A stretch of DNA of 63,648 nucleotides, the filler included, from Callorhinchus milii (taxonomy: Eukaryota), in assembly GCF_018977255.1 (NCBI RefSeq). It is 2 parts of 2 records of this genome, joined end to end, with 100 filler letters (N's around TTAATTAATTAA, not from the genome) between each part and the next. Parts side by side here need not be neighbours in the genome. Positions count along the whole stretch, not along the records: positions 1 to 31,830 come from NW_024705609.1; 1 more part is not named here. One strand, written 5' to 3'. Below the pieces are notes generated by a model. It ran no database searches, had not been told where the DNA came from, and worked only from the letters and a program-made list of their open reading frames with translations. Positions 1 to 10,975 of the stretch are shown here, in pieces (positions within the stretch are counted from its first letter, which is position 1; the number at the start of each line of letters is the position of its first letter). The position numbers and the translations under genes were made by a program.

Positions 1-679
1 AGCTAGCATCATTAATGTCCTGGGTTCGAATTTGGGCAGCCACCAGTGATTAATGTAGCTCAAATGTAGCTAATTTGATGGTATAATTCCAATCTCCATT
101 AGCTGTGCACAAAAATAACATCATCGTTGAACGTGATTTCTCACTTCATTGGGCATTTTCCAGCACTGAGGACTAAACGTCATGATCTTGTTGTCATGTG
201 ACGAGCACTTTTTACGGGACGTTTTGTGTTGCCCGACACCGTGTGATGCGCTGCTTCCTGTAAGAGTTCCAGAAGGACATTTGTTTTCCAAACAGTGTGA
301 CCGCTATGGCACAATCGCAATGCAAGTTGTGGATTAAGATATCCAGCTAACAGATGGACGTACATTCCAAATCACTAGCCTACCCCTGAACTAAATCCTT
401 ATCATCACTTCAATGCTGGCATGGCACTATCTTACATTACAGCACAAATACTTTTTGGCCTTCATCCTTCAATGGATGAAGAATGTCTTGGATGATGCAT
501 AGCGAGGTGATAATAACATGATAAATCCAGAGACGTGATTGAGTTTGACAAGTTCTGAGTAGTGAAGCAGATGGTCCGTGTATTGGCACACCAATCCCAA
601 CATGCCTAACCTAGATATTACGTAACACTACCAAGCATTATATAAGATATACAAATGCATATCTTGTTATTAATTGGGA

Positions 680-940
680 TGCTGCCGTGGTATAATGGTT
701 ATCACATTGGACAATTAACCCAGAGGTCGCTGGTTCAATTTGAAATTTTGAGCGCTGTGGTTTAAACAATCAAGCGAGTTTTTTGTTGTTGTCCATTCAG
801 CAGTATGAATGGGCATTTTGCCTAGTGCGGAAGAGTAGGCCAAATACCGTTGATATGGGCTCGCTTAAAGTCCCTCTGGTAGAGGCTTTTCTGGCAGCAG
901 TGGCATGAGCATAAAATTTCAGGGCTTTACCTTTACCTAT
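680..940 (+). mobile_element. tRNA-derived SINE
   Basis: A-box-like gtggtataatgg and B-box-like ggttcaatt, ending in a ctttacctttacct tail. Confidence 0.6.
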
Positions 941-1689
941 TTGCTATTAAAGTAAGTAAAAAAGCATCAGTGATATCACATATCACATAAACAACTTTTT
1001 GGTCTCAAATTTGTATATCTAAGATGTCGTATGTCTCTGAAAAAATATTAAACTTGAAGTTCAATTAACGCAGAATGCATAGTTATCTTTACGTCTGTAT
1101 TGAATTGCAATTTGCAATATGCAAACCTCGTGGTCAATTAAATGTTTTAATAAGTAAATGTTTTAATAATTAAATGTTTTAATAATTAAACGTTTTAATT
1201 GACCACGAGAATGAATGTGTCTTTGGTAACAAGTTATTTTTTTGTTAGAACGTTTAAAACAACAGTACTTACGTTTCAGCAAATTATCTTTCATTATCAT
1301 ATGCGCACGGGGAATGAGAGCAAGCGGAGAATTTCACGATGTAGGCAAAAGCCGATCGCATCGTTACTCATTAAATGTCGTGTTTCACGTTTGTTTAAAG
1401 TTCGTGAACACAACGCTCGCCCAAGTCGCTTCTTATGTGTTTCTCTTTTCTTTATGTCAGGCGTGTGTTTCGTTTCGATCCCTTTCACTCTCCGAGTCAT
1501 CCCTCTCCCATACCTGAAAGAAACACGACCCTTTACCCCTTTCGGTGGGACCCCGTATGGTTTCGAGGCAGCAAGTCCGCTCCCCATCTTTCTATCCCTT
1601 GCTTTTCAAACCGATGTAGGTTTTATGTCGACGGCGTGTGTACACGTGCGTCACGTGCGTGATGTAACGGCCCCGCACATTGCCTCAAT

Positions 1690-1985
1690 TAAAACATATA
1701 ATGCACATGCATATGTAGTACTAATCACATTCCTGCATTTCCCATAATTATGCTAAATTCCTCTTGATATGCAAATTCCTTTGTCAAGGCGCCCAGCTTA
1801 TATATATGCTCCAAGCTCGTGTGCTGTTTCATTCAGACTCTGTCGCCTCGACGGACCTGGTTTTCACCTGAGGACGGCTGCTTGCGTTGTGGCCGAAACG
1901 TCGTGAGAATAATTTTATTATGTTTTATTTTTATTATTTTATTACTTCCCTTCTACGTGACTTTACCGAAAGAACCAAGAAGATA
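1690..1985 (+). mobile_element. Solo Penelope pseudo-LTR/3' UTR fragment
   Basis: Homologous to the reverse complement of ~54475-54720 (atgctaaattcctct, tatatata, hammerhead, T-rich tract, ctacgtgactttaccgaaagaaccaagaagat). The left boundary may extend further. Confidence 0.85.
1861..1909 (+). ncRNA. Minimal type-I hammerhead ribozyme (Penelope-type)
   Basis: uuuucac CUGAGGA c ggcugc-uugcguu-guggcc GAAAC GUC gugagaa: stem I 7 bp, stem II 6 bp, palindromic ACGU in place of stem III, GUC cleavage triplet. Confidence 0.85.
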
Positions 1986-4378
1986 TAAATATAATTTCTT
2001 AAAAAGTTAATCAACACCGACTGTTTGGTGTCGCCCCCGAGTTTGTTGTGTCTTGTTATATGCCCCCTTCTCATTGAGACAAGGTCACGCTGCAGGAATG
2101 GCGCTCACTCGTGGCGAGATTTTGATGGCTTTATAGTCTCTCCTCCACCGATTGGCAATGCGGGGAAGGAGGAGTGCGTAATCCCATGTTTGTTTGCGCT
2201 TTGTGCTAAACTCGGCGAGGAGAGTCCAAGGAGCGATTTGAGACAGATTGAAAATTTCCCCGCGGTAAACTTTTGTTATTTATTTGATCACAATTAACTG
2301 TGCAGATCCTAAAACTCCCCATCACGGGGGCCCTCTTTACAGCGTCCAATTACTTCTGAGGCTTTTGGATTGCGGCGTGCGAGCGTAAATTAAAAGCAAA
2401 GTCTATTGCTCTGCACACTTGCAGTGAACACCTGCATGCACACACACACACAGGCGCACACACAAAGACATACACTGCCTCCGTGGGGCAGTACAGGCGC
2501 CAGCGGTGAGCTCCAGGGTCTTAAACGTGTGTATTATTTAGCGCCAAGGTTACTACCTGGGTCTGACAGTAGGCACATTAGCATACATAACAATCTGCAA
2601 ATGTCAACATATAAATTGCACGTGTGAGACGTAACTTTGTGTAAAACGACTTCCTGTTTTTGGCTTCGTGTTTCTTGACATTCAGTGCCATGAAACAGAG
2701 ACATTTTTCGCATGTTAGCCCTTCTAGATGGTTTAAAACACATGCCTTTTACAAAGTAATTATAATGCACTTTTCGCTAACCGTACAACAGGTGCAGTGC
2801 ATTTCAGGTCATTATGACAAACGAATTGCATATGGGACCGCATTACCCAGTGCGTGCATATTCAATAGATTCTCTACCTACTTTAAATTTTAACTACCCG
2901 CGATAAATTATATCAACTACTTAAAGAGGTGCTTTTAAAAAAATGTGATAAAACTGCACCACCGGGCACCCCAGGGCCAAAGATAAGAATTTCCAGCGTA
3001 AAAATTAATGACTGTATAAATAAATGAGTGTTTCGAGTTATGTTAATCCTGCATGCAGATATGCCCACACCATATTTTTGGCTTCCATGAAACCATTTTT
3101 TTACGTTAGCTCAGAGTCTCTAGTGCTGCGAACTGCATGAGTGTTGTTGTCAACAACATTCATGGCCATCTGGCAAAATGCACGTTTCCTTTTGTACAGC
3201 GTGACTATGTATGTAAATACATGTAGCGTCATTTGTATATGTAGAGCTAGAACATAATCAGTTGTGTCGTTGTGGAGAATATAAGCATTAAAGTAAATAA
3301 GCAGTCAATGCTGTCTCCTTCCCGTATGGGTCACTCCTCGTTTTGGTTGTGCATCTGGTTGTGCATACGTTCAGGAACATTGCTTCAATAAAAGCAGCCT
3401 TTGGACTGCTGTTTAACATTCTATCGTTTCACCAGCATATTCAGGCTTGCACAAATGCTGGTGAACTGCCTGATATTTATATGCAACTGATTCATATTCA
3501 TGTTTGTTTATGTATATGCAGTTATTATAATAGGTGCTTATTTGTAAATCACAAGGGAATGGTCTGTGTAAGATATGAAATTCAAAGAGCAGCATTATTG
3601 TTGTTGTAATTTGCACGCTTTTTAAGGTGATAAGTAAGAGCCATGATCCACTGGGGCAATTTTAGAGAAATCGTGGTTGGCAATAATCAACAACGGTTGC
3701 CACAGACTTTCCCATTTTCAAAATGTAGTTTGCCCAGAATTTGAATCTCATCGTTCAGGCTCCCGAGTGGACAAACTTGGGCAACAACTTCGAATCATTT
3801 CGCAAGACGAGTCACGTTAATGGCCCCGACGTGCGCTCTTTCCATTCGAAACGACGACAGCTAAATTTCGAGCGAGGTCTGGGAAAGGCGGCGCGCTATA
3901 GAGAGACGGTGCGGTGAGACGGTGCGGTGAGATGGTGATGGTGTGGCGCGTCGAGCCGTCAAACCATTTCAGCAGATTCGTTTCATAAACAGATTTCATT
4001 TACAAGTCACCCATGATTGCTCAGCAAACACGCGGCTGTGTTTGACAGCGATAACTGTGTCCCTCCATTCTTTTGCCAGTCAAGATGCCACAGTCGCTCA
4101 TCAATGTGTTGCTGGTGACGGTTACAGGCAACGATTGCCATAAAATTGCCCGAGTGATTCATGTCCTTCTTTAAGCATGAGATACCAGTTAGTTCAGGCA
4201 TCACGGTAAAGGGGCTGATATGATACCTGTACAACATGAGCCGAGGACACGGATAAAATCCAGGACACATTAATCTGACTTTTCTCACTTTCGTCATCGA
4301 ACGTAGTATTTACAACCTGCACTACAAAACCAAAGACTGATACATCCTAATATATTATACATACACGAGGTGAACGTG

Positions 4379-5130
4379 TGTAAGAACCCGAGTCAACACG
4401 ACCCAATTGAAAATGTCCCGTTTCAATAACACTCTGCGTCGTCGCTCAGTCTACTCCGCACGAACCGCTGATATCCGTCCAATGAGACCAGGAGCACGAA
4501 GCGTAAACTGCGTAACTCGAACTCGTGTCTGCACTGTTCGCACCGCTCGAGAGGTCCAGGAAGCCAATGCGAGACCATGCACTCAAACGAAGCCACGAAA
4601 CTCGAACTCCGAAAACCTTCTGAGCTTCTCGCCATTGAAACCGCTTGCTCTTTCCCCATTCCTTCCTTTGACCTCAACCCCTTTGACTTCTTCACGGCTA
4701 CCGACCCTCTCCACACACTCGAACCTCGGTGGACCGATTCGACCCGCCACACTTCCCAATGACGCCACGGGTGCTCGGTTCAAGATCTCGAACCAAGGCA
4801 CTCTGGCGGGCGGCAGAACAATGGCGTGGAGCCCTCTCGATCACGAAACTCGAGGCGGCATGACCATTGCATCTGCATCGCACTCACTCGCGCTCCCTTG
4901 AGTCTTGCTGCAGCTTACACCTTGCACTTTACAGCCAAACCCGCCCGCCACTACTGCTGCCTCGTTCGCAATCTCTACTCTACTACTCCGCCGCTGCAAT
5001 TTGCGCCCTAGGTTCCCCGTGGTTTTGGTTTCCCTGCGCTCATCCGCTTCGAGGTTACGCTCATCGGCTGCCAACTCGGCCCAGGTCCTTTGGCTGCTCC
5101 CAGCGATGCCACAAGTAGCACGTCTACGCC
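4379..5130 (+). mobile_element. Possible decayed LTR-retrotransposon (gag-like) remnant
   Basis: Begins TGTAAGAACC (same start at 12711), is GC-rich, and has a degenerate zinc-knuckle-like RSFGCSQRCHK. Weak. Confidence 0.25.
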
Positions 5131-5389
5131 GCCTTGCATGGCCCCGAAACTCAACAATCGCTCACGATCCACAACATCTGCACGTCCAGGAGGGCAGCGC
5201 GTCTCGGCTCCCGCCACTCGCTCACTCGCCTCCCCGATCGCAGTGCATCTGAATCATCGCACATTTGGACAAATAAAAAAATGCGCTCTGTGCCGCGTTG
5301 GGCATCCCTGCCGCGCTGCTGCGGTCACATTTCACCATCCCTCTCTCATTGGCGGCGAGGCCACCTTGACCCCGTGCACACGGTCGCAC

Positions 5390-6050
5390 ACAAAGCAGCA
5401 AACGCCACGCTGCCACCCCTCTCACCGACATTCTCAGTAGTAGAGGCACTGAGCTCTAACCTGGTCCGGGAGCTCGTACACAACACTGCTAGATGCACAA
5501 TGAAATAACAGGAACACTGAAACCGACACCAATCCCTTGACTCCCTGGTCTGGCGAACATTCTGTCACCAAATATCCGCACACAAGTTTGCGCGTTTTCT
5601 TGCCAATGACAACCAGCTACCCATCTACCCAGACCTTGACAATGCCACCTCGCCGCCGACTCAAGTTCCTGTCCCTCTTCTGGGATCACGCTGCTGCTGT
5701 CACCATCCTGGGATCTCACCCAGATCCGGCAGAACGCTGGCGAACAGAGTGGAACGACGCGGAGGTCAAAAATAAACGCCTCATTCGAGACCCAAACATC
5801 ATCGCATCTCCTGCCTTTGACATTCCTTGAAGACGCCGGTGTAGCCATCAGCTGCATCAGAACATCAACAGACCGATGCGCACATCTCCACCATGAATGG
5901 ACAATTAAAGACAAGCCAGGGTCGTGGTGCGATTGTGACCACGCAACCTCAGCTACGGACAACATTGTAAACCTCTGTAGTCTGGGCTCATACCAATATT
6001 GGAATAACACGACCACACGGGTTCTCTCCTGAAGTCCCGCCGCGGCTAGC
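5390..6050 (+). mobile_element. Degenerate non-LTR retrotransposon 3' fragment (post-RT domain and C-terminal Cys/His knuckle)
   Basis: Across frames: WSGSSYTTLLDAQ*N, ITGTLKPTPIP*LPGLANILSPNIR, PAFDIP, IRTSTDRCAHLHHEW..CDCD...NIVNLC. Confidence 0.7.
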
Positions 6051-8999
6051 GGATCTCGACATCGGCATTCAGCTTCTGAACACAATGCCACGCGCAAGAA
6101 AAGCATCTAACACCAAACAGTGCATTTCTGACAGCCGCACGTTATTCCCTTTGGCACAGTGTCATCTCCCCTCGTGACTACATGCTCATCTTCACACCAT
6201 CATCATCAACCTCAATATATTCCCTGCAATCCCATGGCACAATGCAGTCACACAACACAAGCACTGTGGGGGGGGGGGGGGGTTACCTAGTGCATCCGTT
6301 ATTAATGGCAGCCCGGATTGCAGTGCACTCGAGTCATTTAAATGCAATCCCGGTGTGTGCTTTATTAAGCCAGTGGCGCATCCGGAAAGCACTGCACGCG
6401 TGCTCAAAGGCCAATTGGGACGACAAATGCGTGGAGTGTGCTTGTGGTGCCCTTTTAGAATCGTCGTCTTGTGCGAGACTAAAGTCACATTTGGTGCTGA
6501 CTCCTGAGCACGTGGTCCCAACACGTCGCTGGCAATCGGTTGCTTTAGTCCTGCAAGGCAGGTGTCATACCGTAGGCAGGTGTCATCCCGTAGGGTATTG
6601 CGACGGCAGCCAATTTGCGCACTTGAACACTTTGCAAATGGTAATCGGCTTAGGTTCCGAAAACAAAGTAAACCGCGGAGACGTTTAAACGAGGGCCCGG
6701 ACTGATCCGACAAGGAGTCGCCACTCGAACGTCATTGCCTTCATCTGTCAGCGCCGTCGATAGCCCCTTCGGGATCGGGACGGCAAAATGAAACTGGTAT
6801 CGAGCCAAAAGAAATCAATTCAAAAGGTGCCGATGTACAGGGCAACCTTGGCATCTTATTGATATCGCAGCAGGGGCTTAGCACCAGTGGGGTGGTAAAA
6901 TGCCACGTGATGCCGGTCTGAGTGCCTGGCGCTGTTGTATGTGGTTTCCCATCTGCTCGTTGCACTTGTGGAAATTCCGCCTGTCTAAAGGGAACAAGAT
7001 GAATACAGCTCTTTTCCGTAAACCCCCCACCAGCAAAGCCCCACACAGCTGTGTATCTCTAATGAGTTGCTCATTGAAACTTTTATGCAAGGACAAGTGT
7101 CGAAACGGGCCACCGATAAGTTTGGGAGCCAGGAATCCCATTTTGATCTTTCTCAGCATGCAATGCAAAGGGGCGCTTAATGGGAGTTTTGGCCAGATTT
7201 AAAATATTTCGTTCATCTCATTGCGACGTTCCTGTGAGATTTAATAATATTCAAATAGGCAACATACATGCCCGCGCATCATTTATATACAGCTCACGGA
7301 TATATGCTTCCCTTAGAATGTATGGATGTATTTATATTTACTCATTATGTATATATATACACGTTTATATATTCAGTATTTGCAATTTTGCATACGCTTC
7401 ATTTTAATGGATATACATAGTCAACGTATGTTAAGCCGAAGTTAATTATGCATATGATGCATTGCCGTTGTCTTTTCAATGTGGATATATAAATGGCTCG
7501 AACAACACAAGCTTCAACATTGCGTGTATGTTAAGCAGCGATATACTGGGTGACCAGGTGATCCAGCTTATAAGAATTTAAGACTACGGAATACAATTCC
7601 CTGCAATAGAATGAATCAGTTTGAACCCGTGTCTCAGTGCGTCCAATAGTAAAATTTGCACGCACGATCGGCACAGCAGGCTGTCAGATTGCTGGCGCAA
7701 CCAACCTATCAACCTACCTACCAACCTACCTACCTACCAACCTACCTACCTACGGTGTTCTTGAAAACACGCCAACGTGCGCAGGCCTCGTGGATGACAT
7801 TTACAACCCTGCAATAAATAACAAATATTCCTTTGAACAAAAATGGACCTCTTTATATACATAAAAACAGGCTGTATGTAGATTAATGGAACTACCGTGT
7901 ATAAATAAAGAAATATTGTTTTCGACAAATAAATAAATGGCTCAATTGCTCAGCAGACAGCTGGTTTAAAATAAGATACTGCATGCAGTGCTCATTCCAG
8001 TTGCTTGCACGGTGGAAAATATGACACCATATTATTTCCACAAACATTTAAGGTTCCAAAAATGAAACCCAATAGCATTACCAAAGTGATACAAACACTT
8101 TTTCTCGTCCACTTGATTTATCATTTCACTTTAGTGTCCAATACCCGATATATGCGTTTGGAATAAAATTCTGTATATTTGTTTAAATGAAATAGCACTG
8201 CAAATATTGTGTTGACAGCATAAAAGTTAACTGCTATCATATTTAACCACGCCCATTCCAGCCTCACCCCTGAACAAATTACCATTCTGCATTAGTGTGA
8301 AGAGAAGAAAGAAAATTCAAATTGTTCATTACAATTTCTGAATTACATCTCTGTGGGACAATTGCATGGGGGAATTTGTGAATTTTATATTTGCTTTTCA
8401 CGGCCGCACTGAAATTTTTGTCAAATTTTTATGAATTCCAGCTTCCAATTTCAGCGGCAAACCTCTCGCTCATTTATTATCGTGTATATGGGTTTTATTT
8501 GTATATATCCGTGGTGATGAGAACCCAGACTTAATAATTTTCGCAGGGTTTTGCACGCGTTACCAAACATAACGCTCGCAAATCCGGCCCCATTACTGCA
8601 CCACCACCACCACGACCGCCGCTGGCATCAGCGTAGACTGGGTACGAGGCTGCCTGTCTCTGTTTACTGCGGGTCAGATGGCAGTGCAGATGAGAGGCTG
8701 ACCAACGATGGATCATTTACAAAAGGACACCAGATCCAACTCGGTTATTTATTTATCGGGCGTTGGCACAATGGACACGTTCCATTCTACCATTTTTTTC
8801 TCTCTCTCTCGCTCATTTAATGTATTATTCAACGCCAAGGTGCGCTGTGTATTTCAAAAGCGCACGGCATTGCAGACTGCGGACTCGTGATGTTTATTAT
8901 TGCATACAACACCGTGTGGACACTGGGCAGATGGTGAATTGTTTGTTTAAAAACACACCCGCTCGTGCATGCGAGGCACATCCCCACGCACTGGAAAAT

Positions 9000-9620
9000 G
9001 TCTTCAGCTCCTCTCTCTCCAACCGCATCTAGGCCACCGCTCTCGAAATCCGCCGCTTCCACCAATTCAACATTCGCAACATTCTCTCCCCTCGTCTCAC
9101 TCTCTTCTGCTCAACTCTCCCGGTTCACTCCCTCGTGTTCACTCACCCTGACGACTGCAACTCTCACCATTGGAACCTCATTTGCCAGTAAAAAATATGA
9201 TAATTTGTTTTTTTACCCTTCTATCTGGCAACAAAACTGACACCTTTTTTTTTACTGCAACTCTCTTATTCTTCTCGGCCTTCTCCCAACAGATACGAAA
9301 TGCCTCAGCCCGGATCATTTTTGTTTTACCCTTCCGCACAATTCCCAACACTTCTGCTCTACTTTCCCAAATCCACGGGCTCCCTGACTACTATCGCCGT
9401 CTTTTTAAATGTCTCACTCGAGTCTACAAATCCCTCCATGGTCTTGCAACCATATTATCTCGCTTCTCTCATCTCTCACTGTGCCCAATCCCATCCTCTA
9501 CGCTCCCAGTCTCTCACGCACTCGTTTCATTTTGCCTTCACGCTCTCCTTCACTCCAACAAACTCCCCTGCACATAAAACAATCATCCTCGCTAACCTGC
9601 TTCCGTTCCTCCCTTAAAAT
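9000..9620 (+). mobile_element. Old L2-type LINE 3' fragment
   Basis: QIRNASARII...LLSQIHGLP..RRLFKCLTRVYKSLHGLA resembles the L2 C-terminus (LHWLP..RI.FK...YK.LHGLAP). Confidence 0.65.
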
Positions 9621-9699
9621 AAACCCCCATATCTCTTCTCTCTTGCCCATCCTGCTGCTGCTACTCCCTGCCCGGACCCCGCAGCTACAAATAGACCCA

Positions 9700-10430
9700 C
9701 CACAACCCCTATCACTACCCCTGTCACTACCCTATCACTACCCTGTCACTACCCCAACCCCTACCACTACTCCTATCACTACCCCTATCACTACCCACTA
9801 TCACTACCCTATCACTACCCCTATCACTACCACAACCCCTATCACTACCCCTATCACTACCCCTGTCACTACCCCAACCCCTATCACTACCCCTATCACT
9901 ACCCCTATTACTACCCCTATTACTACCCCTATTACTACCCCTGTCACTACCCCTATCACTATCCCTATCACTACCCCTATCACTACCCCTATCACTACCC
10001 CAACCCCTATCACTACCCCTATCACTACCCCCATCACTATCCCTATCACTACCCCCATCACTACCCCCATCACTACCCCTGTCACTACCCCTGGCACTAC
10101 CCCAACCCCATCACTACCCCTATCATTACCCCTATCACTACCCCAACCCCTATCACTACCCCTATCACTACCCCTATTACTACCCCTATCACTACCCCTA
10201 CCACTACCCCTGTCACTACCCCTATCACTACCCCTGTCACTACCCCTACCCCAACCCCATCACTACCCCTATCATTACCCCTATCACTACCCCAACCCCT
10301 ATCACTACCCCTATCACTACCCCTATTACTACCCCTATCACTACCCCTATCACTACCCTGTCACTACCCTACCACTACCCTACCACTACCCCAACCCATC
10401 ACTACCCCTGTCACTACCCCCATCACCACA
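9700..10430 (+). repeat. 12-bp minisatellite (CCCCTATCACTA)n
   Basis: About 60 near-perfect units with interspersed ccccaa variants. Confidence 0.95.
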
Positions 10431-10927
10431 CCGACACTTAAACCTGACCTAACAACTCTCACCTGTCCTCCTTACTGTCACCATAGCGACACCACCACTT
10501 TTTATAATCCCACTCTTTATTTTAACCACTATCATCTAAATGTACAATTGTAAAGCGCATTGGTCTAAGGCGCCACATACATCTATATAAGATATAAATA
10601 TACTGCCATTCTGAATTTCGACCGTAAATCTGCAAAACACAACGGATATTTTGTTATTGTTGTTGTTGCCATAGACCTCTGTGTCTTTTCGACTGCGTAC
10701 GCCATCAATTTGTCTCACATGGCTAACGAAACGGAGTGAATTCTACTCACACAAAACTCGGAACAAGTTGTTCCAAGGCATCAAGGAGTACAAATTGGCA
10801 CCAATTGAGAGAGAAGAACTTTCATAGTCAAGGCAACCAAACGCACGTATATTTGTGCACACTGTTTTTAAATGTACTTTTTTTTTGTAAACAGGCAGAA
10901 GCTGTTTTGCTGTAGTCATCATCTGGC

Positions 10928-10975
10928 TGTCGCCTGATGAAGCTAGTTGTAATTACTGGCGAAACGTCGTACTTA
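10928..10975 (+). ncRNA. Minimal hammerhead ribozyme motif, second repeat family
   Basis: CUGAUGA a gcuagu-uguaauu-acuggc GAAAC GUC. Stem I is weak. The downstream flank differs from the main family and matches 29020-29220 (-). Confidence 0.7.

Noticed and set aside
680..760. tRNA gene
   Set aside because: A/B-box remnants without a complete cloverleaf, followed by a SINE body and tail. The same applies to the other tRNA-like heads.
6180..7210. Overlapping 96-173-aa ORFs, possibly an LTR-element remnant
   Set aside because: I could not identify any diagnostic motif. Left unassigned pending a homology search.
8546..8760. Possible SPOCK Kazal-domain exon (cgcag acceptor, CGSDG motif)
   Set aside because: It lacks the preceding C-x-x-C-P cysteines and the following H-[ST]-Y, so the motif is probably chance. 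The upstream SPOCK exons were not found in the window and may lie outside it or in the gap.
9409..10452. 347-aa Thr/Pro-rich mucin-like ORF
   Set aside because: It is the translation of a 12-bp minisatellite appended to a decayed LINE fragment. No signal peptide or splice support.
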